Source of the DNA: a virus
Lineage: Duplodnaviria > Caudoviricetes
Virus record (IMG/VR): IMGVR_UViG_3300043764_000020
Span: 1-34,970 of that record
DNA length: 34,970 nt
Direction: 5' to 3' (one strand)
The number at the start of each line of letters is the position of its first letter. Positions within the stretch are counted from its first letter, which is position 1. Shown here in pieces: positions 17,436 through 26,047 of this stretch. The position numbers were made by a program, and so were the translations under genes. The notes beneath the pieces were generated by a model. That model had not been told where the DNA came from. It saw only the letters and a program-made list of their open reading frames with translations, and ran no database searches.

Positions 17436-17720
17436 CTACCGCCTGCGAGGCCGGTGGTACTGGATGTTCCGCTCCCGGTGCCAGACCAGGTTCATGGCGT
17501 CCTTGCGCTGCTCCAGGGTCTCCGGGGAGTACCGGAACAAGTTGCCCAGGAAGCGGCCGTGTACGTGGTCGTAGATGCGGTAGACCCGCTGGTTCTCCCG
17601 GTTCAGGACGCACTCCAGGGTGTACCGGGTGTGGACGGCGTACCGGTCACCCTTTTCCCGGGCGTACGCGTAGCGGGCTTCGATCTCTTCGATGCTGCGG
17701 AGCGGGGGCAGCTGGGTCAT
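17436..17720 (-). CDS. hypothetical protein, paralog of 17730-18026
   Basis: Shared RSIEEIEA.YA / YT.EC..N / YDHV.G.FL. Confidence 0.85.
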   Translation of the reverse strand: MTQLPPLRSIEEIEARYAYAREKGDRYAVHTRYTLECVLNRENQRVYRIYDHVHGRFLGNLFRYSPETLEQRKDAMNLVWHRERNIQYHRPRRR

Positions 17721-17729
17721 TCGGGTCTC

Positions 17730-18026
17730 CTAGAGGTCGCAGTTCCGGCGATGCAGCTGGTCCAGGTAGTCGTGCCGCTCGTACATCCACAGCAGTGCCA
17801 GCCCGCGCCGGGCTTCCTCCGGCTTGTACGGGTCTCTGCTGGCCAGCTTGGGCAGGAAGTGGCCTTCTACGTGGTCGTACAGGTGGTACGTCTTGCAGCC
17901 CAGCAGGTTCCGGGTGCATTCGACGGTGTAGCGGTCCGGGATGCTGAACCGGTGACCGTCCGCCCGCTTCTGGGCGTAGTCGGCTTCGATCTCTTCGATG
18001 CTGCGGGGCTTGGGCGGCCAGGTCAT
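17730..18026 (-). CDS. hypothetical protein, paralog of 17436-17720
   Basis: Same motifs; GAGGAG RBS; motif at 18057-18071. Confidence 0.85.
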   Translation of the reverse strand: MTWPPKPRSIEEIEADYAQKRADGHRFSIPDRYTVECTRNLLGCKTYHLYDHVEGHFLPKLASRDPYKPEEARRGLALLWMYERHDYLDQLHRRNCDL

Positions 18027-18065
18027 GCGGGTCTCCTCGGGTCGTGGTGTCCGTGTGTATCTACC

Positions 18066-18272
18066 CTAGCACGTTCCTCCCCGGCGACGGAACTCCACCT
18101 GGATCCGGTAGCGACGGGTCTGGATCATGAACCCGTTGATGTCGTGGAACCTGCGGACGTTCTCCTTGAGCAGCGGGCCGCCGCTCTTGGAGGCACGGAA
18201 GATGGTGAACGGGCCGTAGATGGTCCACGGCCGGGTCCACCGCTGAATCCGGATGATCGGGCGCTTCTGCAT
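18066..18272 (-). CDS. small Arg-rich protein, leaderless
   Basis: ATG directly follows motif 18273-18287. Confidence 0.75.
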   Translation of the reverse strand: MQKRPIIRIQRWTRPWTIYGPFTIFRASKSGGPLLKENVRRFHDINGFMIQTRRYRIQVEFRRRGGTC

Positions 18273-18324
18273 GTTTCTACCCTAGCAGTTAGACTCTCAC
18301 TTGCAACGCATGTACAGTAGGCGT

Positions 18325-18834
18325 CGCAAGGGCAGGACCGGCCTGAGGTTGCCGGGGAGCCCTGCAACAAATCCAGCGTGCGAGGGCCCATAGCCCCCGG
18401 GCTAGCCGCGCTGGCATAGGCCCGCCCGTCTGCCCTGGGAAACCTTGGCACCCGAGCACAGTCGGTTAAACAGCCGGGCGGGCCCACAAACTTCTTCCCA
18501 CCACCCCGATGAGCTGTCGGGTTCGGGAAGTTGGCGGTGCCCGGTTGAAGCTAGCTCCGGCTAGAGTTGGCACCGCCCGCGATGGAAGTCCTAGGTTCCT
18601 CCGCCCGGAAAAGCGACGACGGTATCCCACATAGGGGCTCAGTCCGGGCAGGCGACGTAGATCCGTTATCGGACGTCGCTCCATCGCATCGTTCGCCGGG
18701 ATCAGCCGGGACCAGGTGACTGGACCCTCCCGCATATATGCCGCGCCCCATCGGGGACCAACGCCGCAGCGGGGTAGAGAGGCCCCCGGGAACAACGAAA
18801 GCCCCTGCCAGGTCCGAACTGGCAGGGGCTTTCG
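18325..18834 (+). ncRNA. candidate large structured ncRNA (~510 nt), family not recognised
   Basis: No credible CDS; six consecutive stem domains, GAAA/GUGA and cUCCGg tetraloops on plus strand, A-rich linkers, candidate promoter and terminator. Confidence 0.7.
18796..18834. terminator. bidirectional terminator between ncRNA candidate and TerS-like gene
   Basis: CGAAAGCCCCTGCCAG / CTGGCAGGGGCTTTCG 16-bp stem. Confidence 0.85.
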
Positions 18835-18839
18835 CGTGT

Positions 18840-19406
18840 CTACAGCTGCGGGGTGTGGACGACTCCCCCGGAGCCCGCTGTGGCCACCGTGCGGATGATC
18901 TCCGGCATCAGCTGCGGGATCAACTGCCGCTGATCGTCGGAGAGTCCCAGCGACTCAATCACCCGCTCCAAGATCAGGAACATGGCGTCGGCCTGCTGCT
19001 CCTGCAAGGCGAGCTGCCGCTCCTCCACGCCGATCGCGTGGCACAGCTTGATGGCCTCCCGCAGCTCCTTGCGCTCCTGCATCCACAGGTCCAGCCATGC
19101 CGCCTCGTGCGACGGCATGACCTGCAAGGCGCCCTTGTCGTCGTAGTTCTGGTCGGTCAGCGGGAGCAGGTTCGGCGTCCACTGGGCCATCTGGGATTCG
19201 ATCCAGCGGACCATGCCCAGGGAGCGCCTGAAGGCCTCCACAGCGGCCTCTGTGGGCGTGATGTCTTCCGGCACATCGAACCCGCCGCCGAAGGAGTTCT
19301 CGTCCAGGATGCGGCGTCTCAGCTGCATCGCCTTGGTCCGGGCCACCTGCTGCTCCCGGGTAGGCCTCCCCCGCTGCGGTAAGTCGCCGTCACTCAGTTT
19401 CGGCAT
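18840..19406 (-). CDS. putative terminase small subunit (actinophage helical type)
   Basis: W..LW.QER..L....K.C.AIGVEERQL.L.EQQA...ILE.V...LGLS..Q pattern recalled from actinobacterial prophage TerS-like proteins; GAGG RBS. Confidence 0.6.
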   Translation of the reverse strand: MPKLSDGDLPQRGRPTREQQVARTKAMQLRRRILDENSFGGGFDVPEDITPTEAAVEAFRRSLGMVRWIESQMAQWTPNLLPLTDQNYDDKGALQVMPSHEAAWLDLWMQERKELREAIKLCHAIGVEERQLALQEQQADAMFLILERVIESLGLSDDQRQLIPQLMPEIIRTVATAGSGGVVHTPQL

Positions 19407-19638
19407 GTTCGGTTTCCTCCCCGGTTGCGTGCCACGTATCCAGAACGTCCCCGCCTTCTGCGTTCTGCCCGTCCCAGATGGTGATGCGCCCGTCGTCGTA
19501 GCCGGTGAGGGTCACGTTGTGCCACTTCTGGATGTCGTACAGGGCCCTTGCTACGGCGGCTGACCGTTCGGCGTCCCGCTGGTCCTTCTCGCGCCGAGCC
19601 TTCAGGCCTTCCAGGTTGTACTCCGCGTTGGATTTCAT
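19390..19638 (-). CDS. hypothetical protein, leaderless
   Basis: ATG directly follows motif variant 19639-19653. Confidence 0.8.
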   Translation of the reverse strand: MKSNAEYNLEGLKARREKDQRDAERSAAVARALYDIQKWHNVTLTGYDDGRITIWDGQNAEGGDVLDTWHATGEETEHAETE

Positions 19639-19650
19639 TTCTCTACCCTA

Positions 19651-21669
19651 TCAATCGCCCTTGGCGAATTCCTTGCCGTCGACAAGCATCGGGACGCCCC
19701 CGTTGATGTAGCCGAAGTAGTCCCGCCAGAGGTCGATCCCCTGCTTCTTGACCAGGTGGGAGAACTCAGGCTCAAGATCCTTCGGCATCAGAACGATCAT
19801 CGAGTCGTGGACCTCCATCAGCAGGCCCGCCCCGCCGATGCCCTCCTTCTCCGCCCGCTTGTGGATGCCCAGACGGTGCGTCAGCCCTTCGCCCTCCAGC
19901 AGCCAGTGCAGCATGTACTGGCCCAACGAGCCCTGGACGTACTGGTTCCAGGCCAACCGGGTGTCCTCGCCGAAGCGGATGTACCGGCGCTGCCCGCCGA
20001 CCAGCGGGACGTACTGGTTGCGCTTGGCGAAGCCCTCCCAGTACTCCAGGGCCTTGTTCAGCTCCGGGTAGGTGCGGTGGAACGCCGCGTGGACCGCCCG
20101 CAGCTCCTGCGGGGCCATCTTGACCTTGCCACGGGTCATCTTGACCATCATGTTCCCGAGCGTGTTCCACCCGGCGCCGTACTCCAGGGACAGGTTCGCG
20201 ACCTTGCCGACCTGGCGGGGCGAGCCGATCTGGTCAGCGGTGAACTGGTGCAGGTCGACGCCATCGAAATAGGCCTCCAGCATCTTCTGGCACTTCGAAA
20301 GCAAGGCGCCGAGGCGCAGTTCCGCCTGGGAAAGGTCGTACTCCATGATCACCCAGCCGGGCATGGTGTCCTCGACCTGCTTGCGGATCAGCTGGCGCGG
20401 GGTCGGCAGGTCATCCAGGCCGACGAACGAGAGCCCGTCCAGCTTTCCGTCATGCGGCATGGCCTGGAGGTTGGCCCGCTCGATGGAGAAGCGGGTGGAG
20501 ACGGTGCCCAGCTGGCGGACCCGGGCGCGGATCCGGTTGTCCTTGCCGCACTTGTCGGCCCACCCGGTGTAGTACATCGACTGCGCGCGGTCCAGCAGCG
20601 TGTAGATCTGCCACTCCCGGGCGTACGGCACCTCCTGCTCCGTCAGCTCCCGCAGTGCCTCGGAGTTCAGGGAGGGGGCGCCGGTCTTCTCGGAGCGGTA
20701 GGCGGGGACGAGTCCCAGGGAGGCGTGGCCGCGCCGGTTGATCTGGTCGGGGTCGCCGTAGAAGTACTCCTTGGCGTGGTCTCCGGTCGGCTCGAACGGC
20801 AACTGGGCGGCAAGTTTCCACTTGGCCTCGGCAACCCGCTGTGCGCACTCACGGGAGGCTTCCACGGCGTACGGCATGCCCCGGGACTCCTCCTTCACCA
20901 GGAGGTCCAGGACGGCCAGCAGGGTCGTCCGGAAGTGCTGGTACTGCGGGTGGGACGGGGTGCCGAACTCCCGCTTCTGCTCCAGGTACAGCCGCAGCGC
21001 CTTGTACGCGTCGTCGTCCGCGTACTCCTCCATGACTTCCCAGTTGGCCAGGTCGTAGCGGACGCCGCCCTTGTTGCCCCGCTTCTTCTTCTGGTTCTTC
21101 AGGTGCGCCTTGAGGCGGGTCTGGGAGTCCCGGCCGCCCTCATCGGGCCACAGCCGGTCGAAGGTCTCCTTCAGGCCCAGCATCTGACGGGGCCACAGCA
21201 CGTAGTTGCCGAGCATGGTGTCCCAGTACAGGTTCTTCAGCAGGTCGATGCCATAGCCGTGGCCCCAGCGGTAGTCCATGATCCCGTAGCGGGCCATGAT
21301 CACGTCGAACTGGGCGTTGTGGGCGATGAGCCGGTTGGATGCCAGCCAGCGAGTTAGCGCCTGCCACTCCTCCAGCGGGAGGTTGATCTCCTCGGCGGAT
21401 CCGAACAGGACGTCCTGCCCGCTCCAGCCGGGCTTGCCTTCCTCACCCTGGGCGAACGGGTAGGCGGCGGTGCGGATGTGCTCCGCGTCTTCGATGTTGT
21501 CCTCGAACCAGGCCACGGAGGCGGTGGAGATGCCGCCCTCATCGGGGTACAGGGAGGACGTCTCGAAGTCGAAGGCGACGGGCGTGGTGAGACCGGTCGG
21601 GAGTTGCGAGGGAAGTATGGCAACCCGGTGCACAACGGCTTTTCCGGGCTTCGTCAGCGTAGTCTGCAT
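19651..21669 (-). CDS. polA: DNA polymerase family A with 3'-5' exonuclease
   Basis: Exo FDFETS, AHNAQFD, YADDD; motif A YDLSQAELR, motif B R..GK..N....YG, motif C EVHDS. Confidence 0.95.
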   Translation of the reverse strand: MQTTLTKPGKAVVHRVAILPSQLPTGLTTPVAFDFETSSLYPDEGGISTASVAWFEDNIEDAEHIRTAAYPFAQGEEGKPGWSGQDVLFGSAEEINLPLEEWQALTRWLASNRLIAHNAQFDVIMARYGIMDYRWGHGYGIDLLKNLYWDTMLGNYVLWPRQMLGLKETFDRLWPDEGGRDSQTRLKAHLKNQKKKRGNKGGVRYDLANWEVMEEYADDDAYKALRLYLEQKREFGTPSHPQYQHFRTTLLAVLDLLVKEESRGMPYAVEASRECAQRVAEAKWKLAAQLPFEPTGDHAKEYFYGDPDQINRRGHASLGLVPAYRSEKTGAPSLNSEALRELTEQEVPYAREWQIYTLLDRAQSMYYTGWADKCGKDNRIRARVRQLGTVSTRFSIERANLQAMPHDGKLDGLSFVGLDDLPTPRQLIRKQVEDTMPGWVIMEYDLSQAELRLGALLSKCQKMLEAYFDGVDLHQFTADQIGSPRQVGKVANLSLEYGAGWNTLGNMMVKMTRGKVKMAPQELRAVHAAFHRTYPELNKALEYWEGFAKRNQYVPLVGGQRRYIRFGEDTRLAWNQYVQGSLGQYMLHWLLEGEGLTHRLGIHKRAEKEGIGGAGLLMEVHDSMIVLMPKDLEPEFSHLVKKQGIDLWRDYFGYINGGVPMLVDGKEFAKGD

Positions 21670-21800
21670 GGTGCTCCCAACGGCTCCACTGGTCGTTCGA
21701 GCCGCCTGTGAACCCCAGTAGGGACCTCCTTCGGTGGAGATCCCTACTGGGGGCTGTGGACATGGGATGGGTGTTTGGGGGCCATGCGCGCTCCGGAGCG

Positions 21801-22088
21801 TCAGTCGGTCTCGGTGCTCGTTTCCGGCTCTACGTAGACGTAGACGTTGTACGAGCCGTCCGGCTGCTGGAGAGCTGAGGTCTGCACCTCGCCCTGGTAC
21901 GGGGCCCACCCGCTGCGCTTGCCGCACCGGATGTCGTTGGCCTTGACGCGGGCTCCGAACTTCGCATGTCCCTCGGAGACAAGCACGCGGCGGCCGGGCG
22001 TGGTGCGGGCCATCCGCATGGCTTCCTCTGGTTCGCGGACTGACTTGGACGGGGATGCTCCCGTGGTCCGCGTAGGGGCCTGATCCAT
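21801..22088 (-). CDS. hypothetical protein, 95 aa
   Basis: ORF track; fits between SSB and polymerase. Confidence 0.75.
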   Translation of the reverse strand: MDQAPTRTTGASPSKSVREPEEAMRMARTTPGRRVLVSEGHAKFGARVKANDIRCGKRSGWAPYQGEVQTSALQQPDGSYNVYVYVEPETSTETD

Positions 22089-22169
22089 GGGGTCTCACTT
22101 CCTAATAAGTGCTGGTCAAAGGTCACAACCATTTTAGCACGTACTAGGGCTAGTACCCCAGATAGACGA

Positions 22170-22200
22170 CCGGCCCTCTACCAGGGAGGCAGAGGGCCGG
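22170..22200 (-). terminator. hairpin terminator after SSB
   Basis: CCGGCCCTCT / AGAGGGCCGG. Confidence 0.6.
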
Positions 22201-22221
22201 TGTCAGAGGGTCACACGAGGA

Positions 22222-22899
22222 TCAGAACGTGTCCTCGGGGTCCCCGGCAGCGGCCGGGGCCGCCTGCTGCGGGACACCCGCGCCGTAGCCGCCACCGGCC
22301 GGGGACGCCTGCGCCGGACCGGCCGCCCACGGGTCGTCGGAGGGCTTGGTGAACGAAGCAGCCGGGGCAGCAGCGGCCGGGGCAGCCACCGCAGCGGCAG
22401 CCTGAGGCGTGTACGGGTCGTCGCTCCCGCCGAACGGGGGCTGGGCGCCCTGCGCCTGCGGGTACTCCTCCTCGTAGTGCTGGGCGAAGCGGCGGGCCAC
22501 CATCTTGGTCTTGCCCTGGTAGACGTCCGTGGCCAGGTACGCCAGGACCGGCGCCTCATCGTTGATGATCTCGTCGGTGTCGGTCTCCGGCTCGTAGCCG
22601 AAGGCGTGGAACATCTTGGCGATGGCCCACTCCTGGCCACCCTCAACCGGGGTGTAGTACCAGACCTTCTCCAGGTACTGACCGTTGCAGTACTCCGGGT
22701 GGTAGCGGGCGTCCAGCTGGAGTTCCCACGTCCACTGCATCTTGTTCGGGTTCTTCGCGGTGGCACCCACGGAGCAGGCCACGAGCTTGTAGACCCACGG
22801 CTTGCCGTCCACGAGGGGCAGCGGCTTGCGCTCGGTCGACTTCTGCTCGTACCCCTGCGCCTTGGCGGCAGCGACCTGGTCCTTGTTGAGCTTCGGCAT
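22222..22899 (-). CDS. single-stranded DNA-binding protein (DUF669-like)
   Basis: Beta-rich N-domain, low-complexity linker with DDPW, acidic DPEDTF end; follows AAA ATPase. Confidence 0.75.
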   Translation of the reverse strand: MPKLNKDQVAAAKAQGYEQKSTERKPLPLVDGKPWVYKLVACSVGATAKNPNKMQWTWELQLDARYHPEYCNGQYLEKVWYYTPVEGGQEWAIAKMFHAFGYEPETDTDEIINDEAPVLAYLATDVYQGKTKMVARRFAQHYEEEYPQAQGAQPPFGGSDDPYTPQAAAAVAAPAAAAPAASFTKPSDDPWAAGPAQASPAGGGYGAGVPQQAAPAAAGDPEDTF

Positions 22900-22939
22900 G
22901 TCTCTTATTCCTCGCGTGTGTTCTGGTGGTTCAGGTGTA

Positions 22940-23968
22940 TCAGGCGGCGGTCGCGCGGGAGGGCCTGCGCGAGGACCGGTACTGCTCGGCCTGCTGACGG
23001 ATCGCGGCGTGACGGGCGATCTCGGGGTCCGTCTCCTCCGTCAACTCGCCCGTGACGTACGCGTGGATGCGCTCCATCGTCGGGGTGAGCAGCGTCATCG
23101 GGAGGACGCCGTCACGGTCCTTGCACAGCCGGGTGTTCGTCAGCTTCGTCTCGGCGGTGATCAGGGTCTCCTGCTCCGCCGCGCCGGTCTTCACGGTCTC
23201 CGCCGTCAGACGGAGGACCATGTCCACGTAGCCCCGGACGGAGGCGGACAGCTTGTTCGGCAGCTCGGGGCCGATGGCCTTGGTGCCGCCCTCGCCCTCC
23301 GCGTCGTCCTTCTCCAGGGCGGTGATGACCAGGTGGCAGCCGAGGTCACGGAGCGCCCGGAACAGGGTGCGGCCCTGGTTGGTCAGGGTGCCGTAGTCCT
23401 GGATCTGCGTGGCGTGCTTGGACTCCCGCAGCTGCTTGCCGTCCGCGATCTTCTTCAGCTTGGCCGCCTCGGGAAGGTTGAGATCCTTCTCGTAGGCGTA
23501 CGTGGTGATCTCCAGCAGGAGCGTGGCCGCACCTTCGGTGCTGGAGTCGAACGACACGGCCTTGATGGCGCCGGGCTGACGCTGGAGCGTGGAACGGAGG
23601 CGGAAGATCAGCGCCTCTACGCTGGCGTAGGAGACCTCCTCGCCCTTCTCACGGTCGGGCCAGATGACGACCTTGCTGGTGTCGACACCGAGCCGCTTGA
23701 GCGCGTCCTTCTTGAGGCCGCCCTCCACGTCGATGAAGACCGTCAGGCCATCACCGGGGAGGTTCGCCACGAAGGCAGCAGAGGAGGTCTTGCCCGAGCT
23801 GGGCTGGCCGAACAGCATGACCCGCAGGAACTCGCTGGTGTCGTCCAGGGAGGTCAGTCCCAGGAAGGCCATCGGGTCGAACGGCTCGTTCGGGTCGGGC
23901 TGGTGCTGCTGGGGAATGGGGGCTTCGGCCTTCTGAGGAGGCTTCGGCGCGCCGTCTACGCGAGGCAT
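22940..23968 (-). CDS. AAA_24 / Sak4-like ATPase
   Basis: GQPSSGKT, IDVEGG, FDSSTE, YVDMVLRL, KDR motifs. Confidence 0.85.
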   Translation of the reverse strand: MPRVDGAPKPPQKAEAPIPQQHQPDPNEPFDPMAFLGLTSLDDTSEFLRVMLFGQPSSGKTSSAAFVANLPGDGLTVFIDVEGGLKKDALKRLGVDTSKVVIWPDREKGEEVSYASVEALIFRLRSTLQRQPGAIKAVSFDSSTEGAATLLLEITTYAYEKDLNLPEAAKLKKIADGKQLRESKHATQIQDYGTLTNQGRTLFRALRDLGCHLVITALEKDDAEGEGGTKAIGPELPNKLSASVRGYVDMVLRLTAETVKTGAAEQETLITAETKLTNTRLCKDRDGVLPMTLLTPTMERIHAYVTGELTEETDPEIARHAAIRQQAEQYRSSRRPSRATAA

Positions 23969-24033
23969 GTAACTCTCTTCGTTTGTACTGGTTTGACGTG
24001 TCTCTTCCGGATTAGCGCCGGGTCGCAGGTGCT

Positions 24034-24063
24034 ACGGTAGACACATTCGTTCGAGCGTGTCAA
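24034..24063 (-). promoter_or_regulatory. sigma70/HrdB-type promoter for ATPase-SSB
   Basis: TTGACA-18-TACCGT; -10 overlapped by an inverted variant of the phage motif (24030-24044). Confidence 0.65.
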
Positions 24064-24148
24064 CTGAGTCCCTAGGCCCGCTGAGCAGCGTTTCTTGCAG
24101 CGGGAGTTAACAGACTACACCGCAGGACTGACATAGCCCATGGTCGGC

Positions 24149-24544
24149 TTACGCCAGTTTGTTGATCTTGTAGAACGTGGTCTCGTAGGCCAGCAGGTTG
24201 AACACCACGGCAGCCGCGTGATCTTCGTCCGGGTCACCGGCCAGCCACTGCGCGAGATGGCGCATGGCGGACGCCCGGAAGCGCTCCATCTCCTCCGCAG
24301 TCCCCGCCTTCTCCCAGTTCCGCTCCCCGTACTTCTCCACGCCCCGGCACAGCAGTTCCGCGATACGGGTCATGAACTGCTCCGGGTAGGGCACGTCCAG
24401 CGGGAACAGCAGGTCGAAGCGGGCCTTGCCCTCCTGGGTGTCCCGCCGCATCCCGGTGGAGTACTCCTCGCGCGCCCCGGAGTCCTTCGTGATGAAGCGC
24501 CGGGGCGTCCCGTGGACTTCCGGGTCGGTGTCCATGTCCTTCAC
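24149..24544 (-). CDS. DUF5664-like dATP/dGTP diphosphohydrolase domain protein
   Basis: GK.RFDL...G..KYGERNWEK...SAMRHL..W..G..DEDHAAA..FN. Confidence 0.85.
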   Translation of the reverse strand: MKDMDTDPEVHGTPRRFITKDSGAREEYSTGMRRDTQEGKARFDLLFPLDVPYPEQFMTRIAELLCRGVEKYGERNWEKAGTAEEMERFRASAMRHLAQWLAGDPDEDHAAAVVFNLLAYETTFYKINKLA

Positions 24545-24657
24545 CGGTTCCACACTTTCGACTTGAGGCCCCTCCAGGGAGCCGACTGGAAGGGGTGGCC
24601 GCACAGAGCGGCGGCGAACCCCAGGACGGCCGCGAGGTACGCGATCAGCTCATCCAC
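24541..24657 (-). CDS. small hydrophobic protein, 38 aa
   Basis: Hand-translated MDELIAYLAAVLGFAAALCG...; overlaps both neighbours. Confidence 0.5.
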   Translation of the reverse strand: MDELIAYLAAVLGFAAALCGHPFQSAPWRGLKSKVWNR

Positions 24658-24808
24658 GGCGGTGCGTCCAGTCGTCCTCGGCCAGACGCTCCTTGATGGC
24701 CTCCAGGACGCCCGGAGACATCGTGAGGTGCACGACCATGCGGGCGTACCGCTTGGCCTCCCTGCGCTCCTTCCAGCGCCTCTCCAGGGCCCACAGCCAA
24801 TTCAGCAC
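24650..24808 (-). CDS. hypothetical protein, 52 aa (MLNWLWALERRW...)
   Basis: Hand-translated; GGAGGAGG RBS. Confidence 0.7.
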   Translation of the reverse strand: MLNWLWALERRWKERREAKRYARMVVHLTMSPGVLEAIKERLAEDDWTHRRG

Positions 24809-25050
24809 GGGACCTCCTCCTTCAGCGGGTTGACCAGACCCATCGCGACAGCCAGCGCCACCGCGTTCGTCCGGTCCTGGGCGCCGAGGGCAGGCTTGAT
24901 CGCGTGCCGCCAGTAGTCCCGGACCGTGTGGATGCTGATCCCCAGCCGCACGGAGATCTGGCCGTCCGTGCTGCCGGTGGAAGCCAGCTGGAGAATCTGC
25001 GTTTCCCGCACCGTCAGGCCGCTGCCCAAGGATTTGACCGCGAGGCTCAC
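24802..25050 (-). CDS. LuxR-type HTH protein
   Basis: LTVRETQILQL..TG....I...LGIS.HTV.......LGA.DRTNAV. Confidence 0.9.
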   Translation of the reverse strand: MSLAVKSLGSGLTVRETQILQLASTGSTDGQISVRLGISIHTVRDYWRHAIKPALGAQDRTNAVALAVAMGLVNPLKEEVPC

Positions 25051-25334
25051 AGCTGCTCCCCCTCGGCGGCCTTGAGGCAGGGCGGGCACATGTCGCCGTG
25101 CATGTCGCAGGCCCAGCCCAGGGACCGCGCGTGAGACCGGATCAGCTCCAGCCGCTCCGGCTTGGTCATCCGGTCGTTGACGAAGAAGTCCTCCTTGACG
25201 ACGGTCCCGCACTCGTCGCAGTAGACGCCGATCGCGCACGGGTACAGGGCGTCCGGGCCGTCGTCGTCGCTGCGGAGGATCGCCGAGGCGATGCCCGGGG
25301 AGACGAAGCGCACGCGCTTACCGAGGTACCTCAC
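25047..25334 (-). CDS. hypothetical Zn-binding protein
   Basis: CDEC...GW...D.CPPC; GTGA overlaps at both ends. Confidence 0.75.
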   Translation of the reverse strand: MRYLGKRVRFVSPGIASAILRSDDDGPDALYPCAIGVYCDECGTVVKEDFFVNDRMTKPERLELIRSHARSLGWACDMHGDMCPPCLKAAEGEQL

Positions 25335-26047
25335 GGAGACACCCGCCCGTGGTCGTTGAAGGCCTTCCACGTCTGGGGGAAGAGGACGGAGAACGTCTCT
25401 TCCATCTGCTCGGCCGCCATCTCAATCTCCCGCTGCGGGAAGCTGGGGAACGCCGCGTCCGCCCGGTGGGTGCGCAGGCTCAGGAACGCCATCAGGGAAC
25501 GCGGGTTGCAGGTGACGTAGGCGGAGCTGAACAGGCCGACCGGCAGGACCATCCGGGCCACCTCGCGGGCGATCCCGGCGTCCAGCATCTCCAGGTAGGC
25601 CCCGTAGGCGTCCTCGTAGGCGGTCATCATGTTGGTGACCATGCGGGCGTGCTGCTCGTCGGTGCCGGGTTCGAAGGCGTACGCGCCGGGCTTGCCGACC
25701 TGCACCAGGTTGCGGTCCCGGGCGGGCAGGTAGAACTTGGGCATCAGCTTGCGGTAGCGGCCGGACTCCTCGTTGTAGGACCAGCCGACCCGGTGACGCA
25801 TCCACTCGCGGAACACGAAGATCGGGGCTTCCACGAGGAAGGTCATGGAGGCGTGCTCGAAGGGGCTGCCGTGCCGGTCCCGCATCAGGAAGTTGATCAG
25901 TCCGGCGTTGGCGGTGGGGTGCCCGCTGTCCAGGGAGAGTTCCCCGAGGGTGGACACCCGGGCAGCGGCGGCTATGCCGTCGTCGTCGCCGACATGCTTG
26001 ATCAGCTTGGCGGTGATGTCGGAGGTGAAGACGATTCCAGGGGTCAT
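25331..26047 (-). CDS. thyX: FAD-dependent thymidylate synthase
   Basis: AARVS, HGSPFEH, EWMRHRVGWSYNEESGRY, REVARMVLP. Confidence 0.97.
   Translation of the reverse strand: MTPGIVFTSDITAKLIKHVGDDDGIAAAARVSTLGELSLDSGHPTANAGLINFLMRDRHGSPFEHASMTFLVEAPIFVFREWMRHRVGWSYNEESGRYRKLMPKFYLPARDRNLVQVGKPGAYAFEPGTDEQHARMVTNMMTAYEDAYGAYLEMLDAGIAREVARMVLPVGLFSSAYVTCNPRSLMAFLSLRTHRADAAFPSFPQREIEMAAEQMEETFSVLFPQTWKAFNDHGRVSP

Noticed and set aside
18325-18834. tmRNA, RNase P RNA or group I/II intron identity for the large RNA
   Set aside because: No tRNA-like ends or tag; GGAAGTCC only partly resembles the RNase P P4 strand and its 3' partner is missing; no domain V and no interrupted host gene
18466-18898. 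ORFs 18466-18795, 18551-18751 and 18716-18898
   Set aside because: No RBS, atypical codon usage, Arg/Pro/Gly-rich shadow-type sequence; better explained by RNA structure
21670-22098. N-terminal extension making the polymerase 815 aa
   Set aside because: Overlaps gene 21801-22088 and a hairpin; ATG 21669 has a GGGAG RBS
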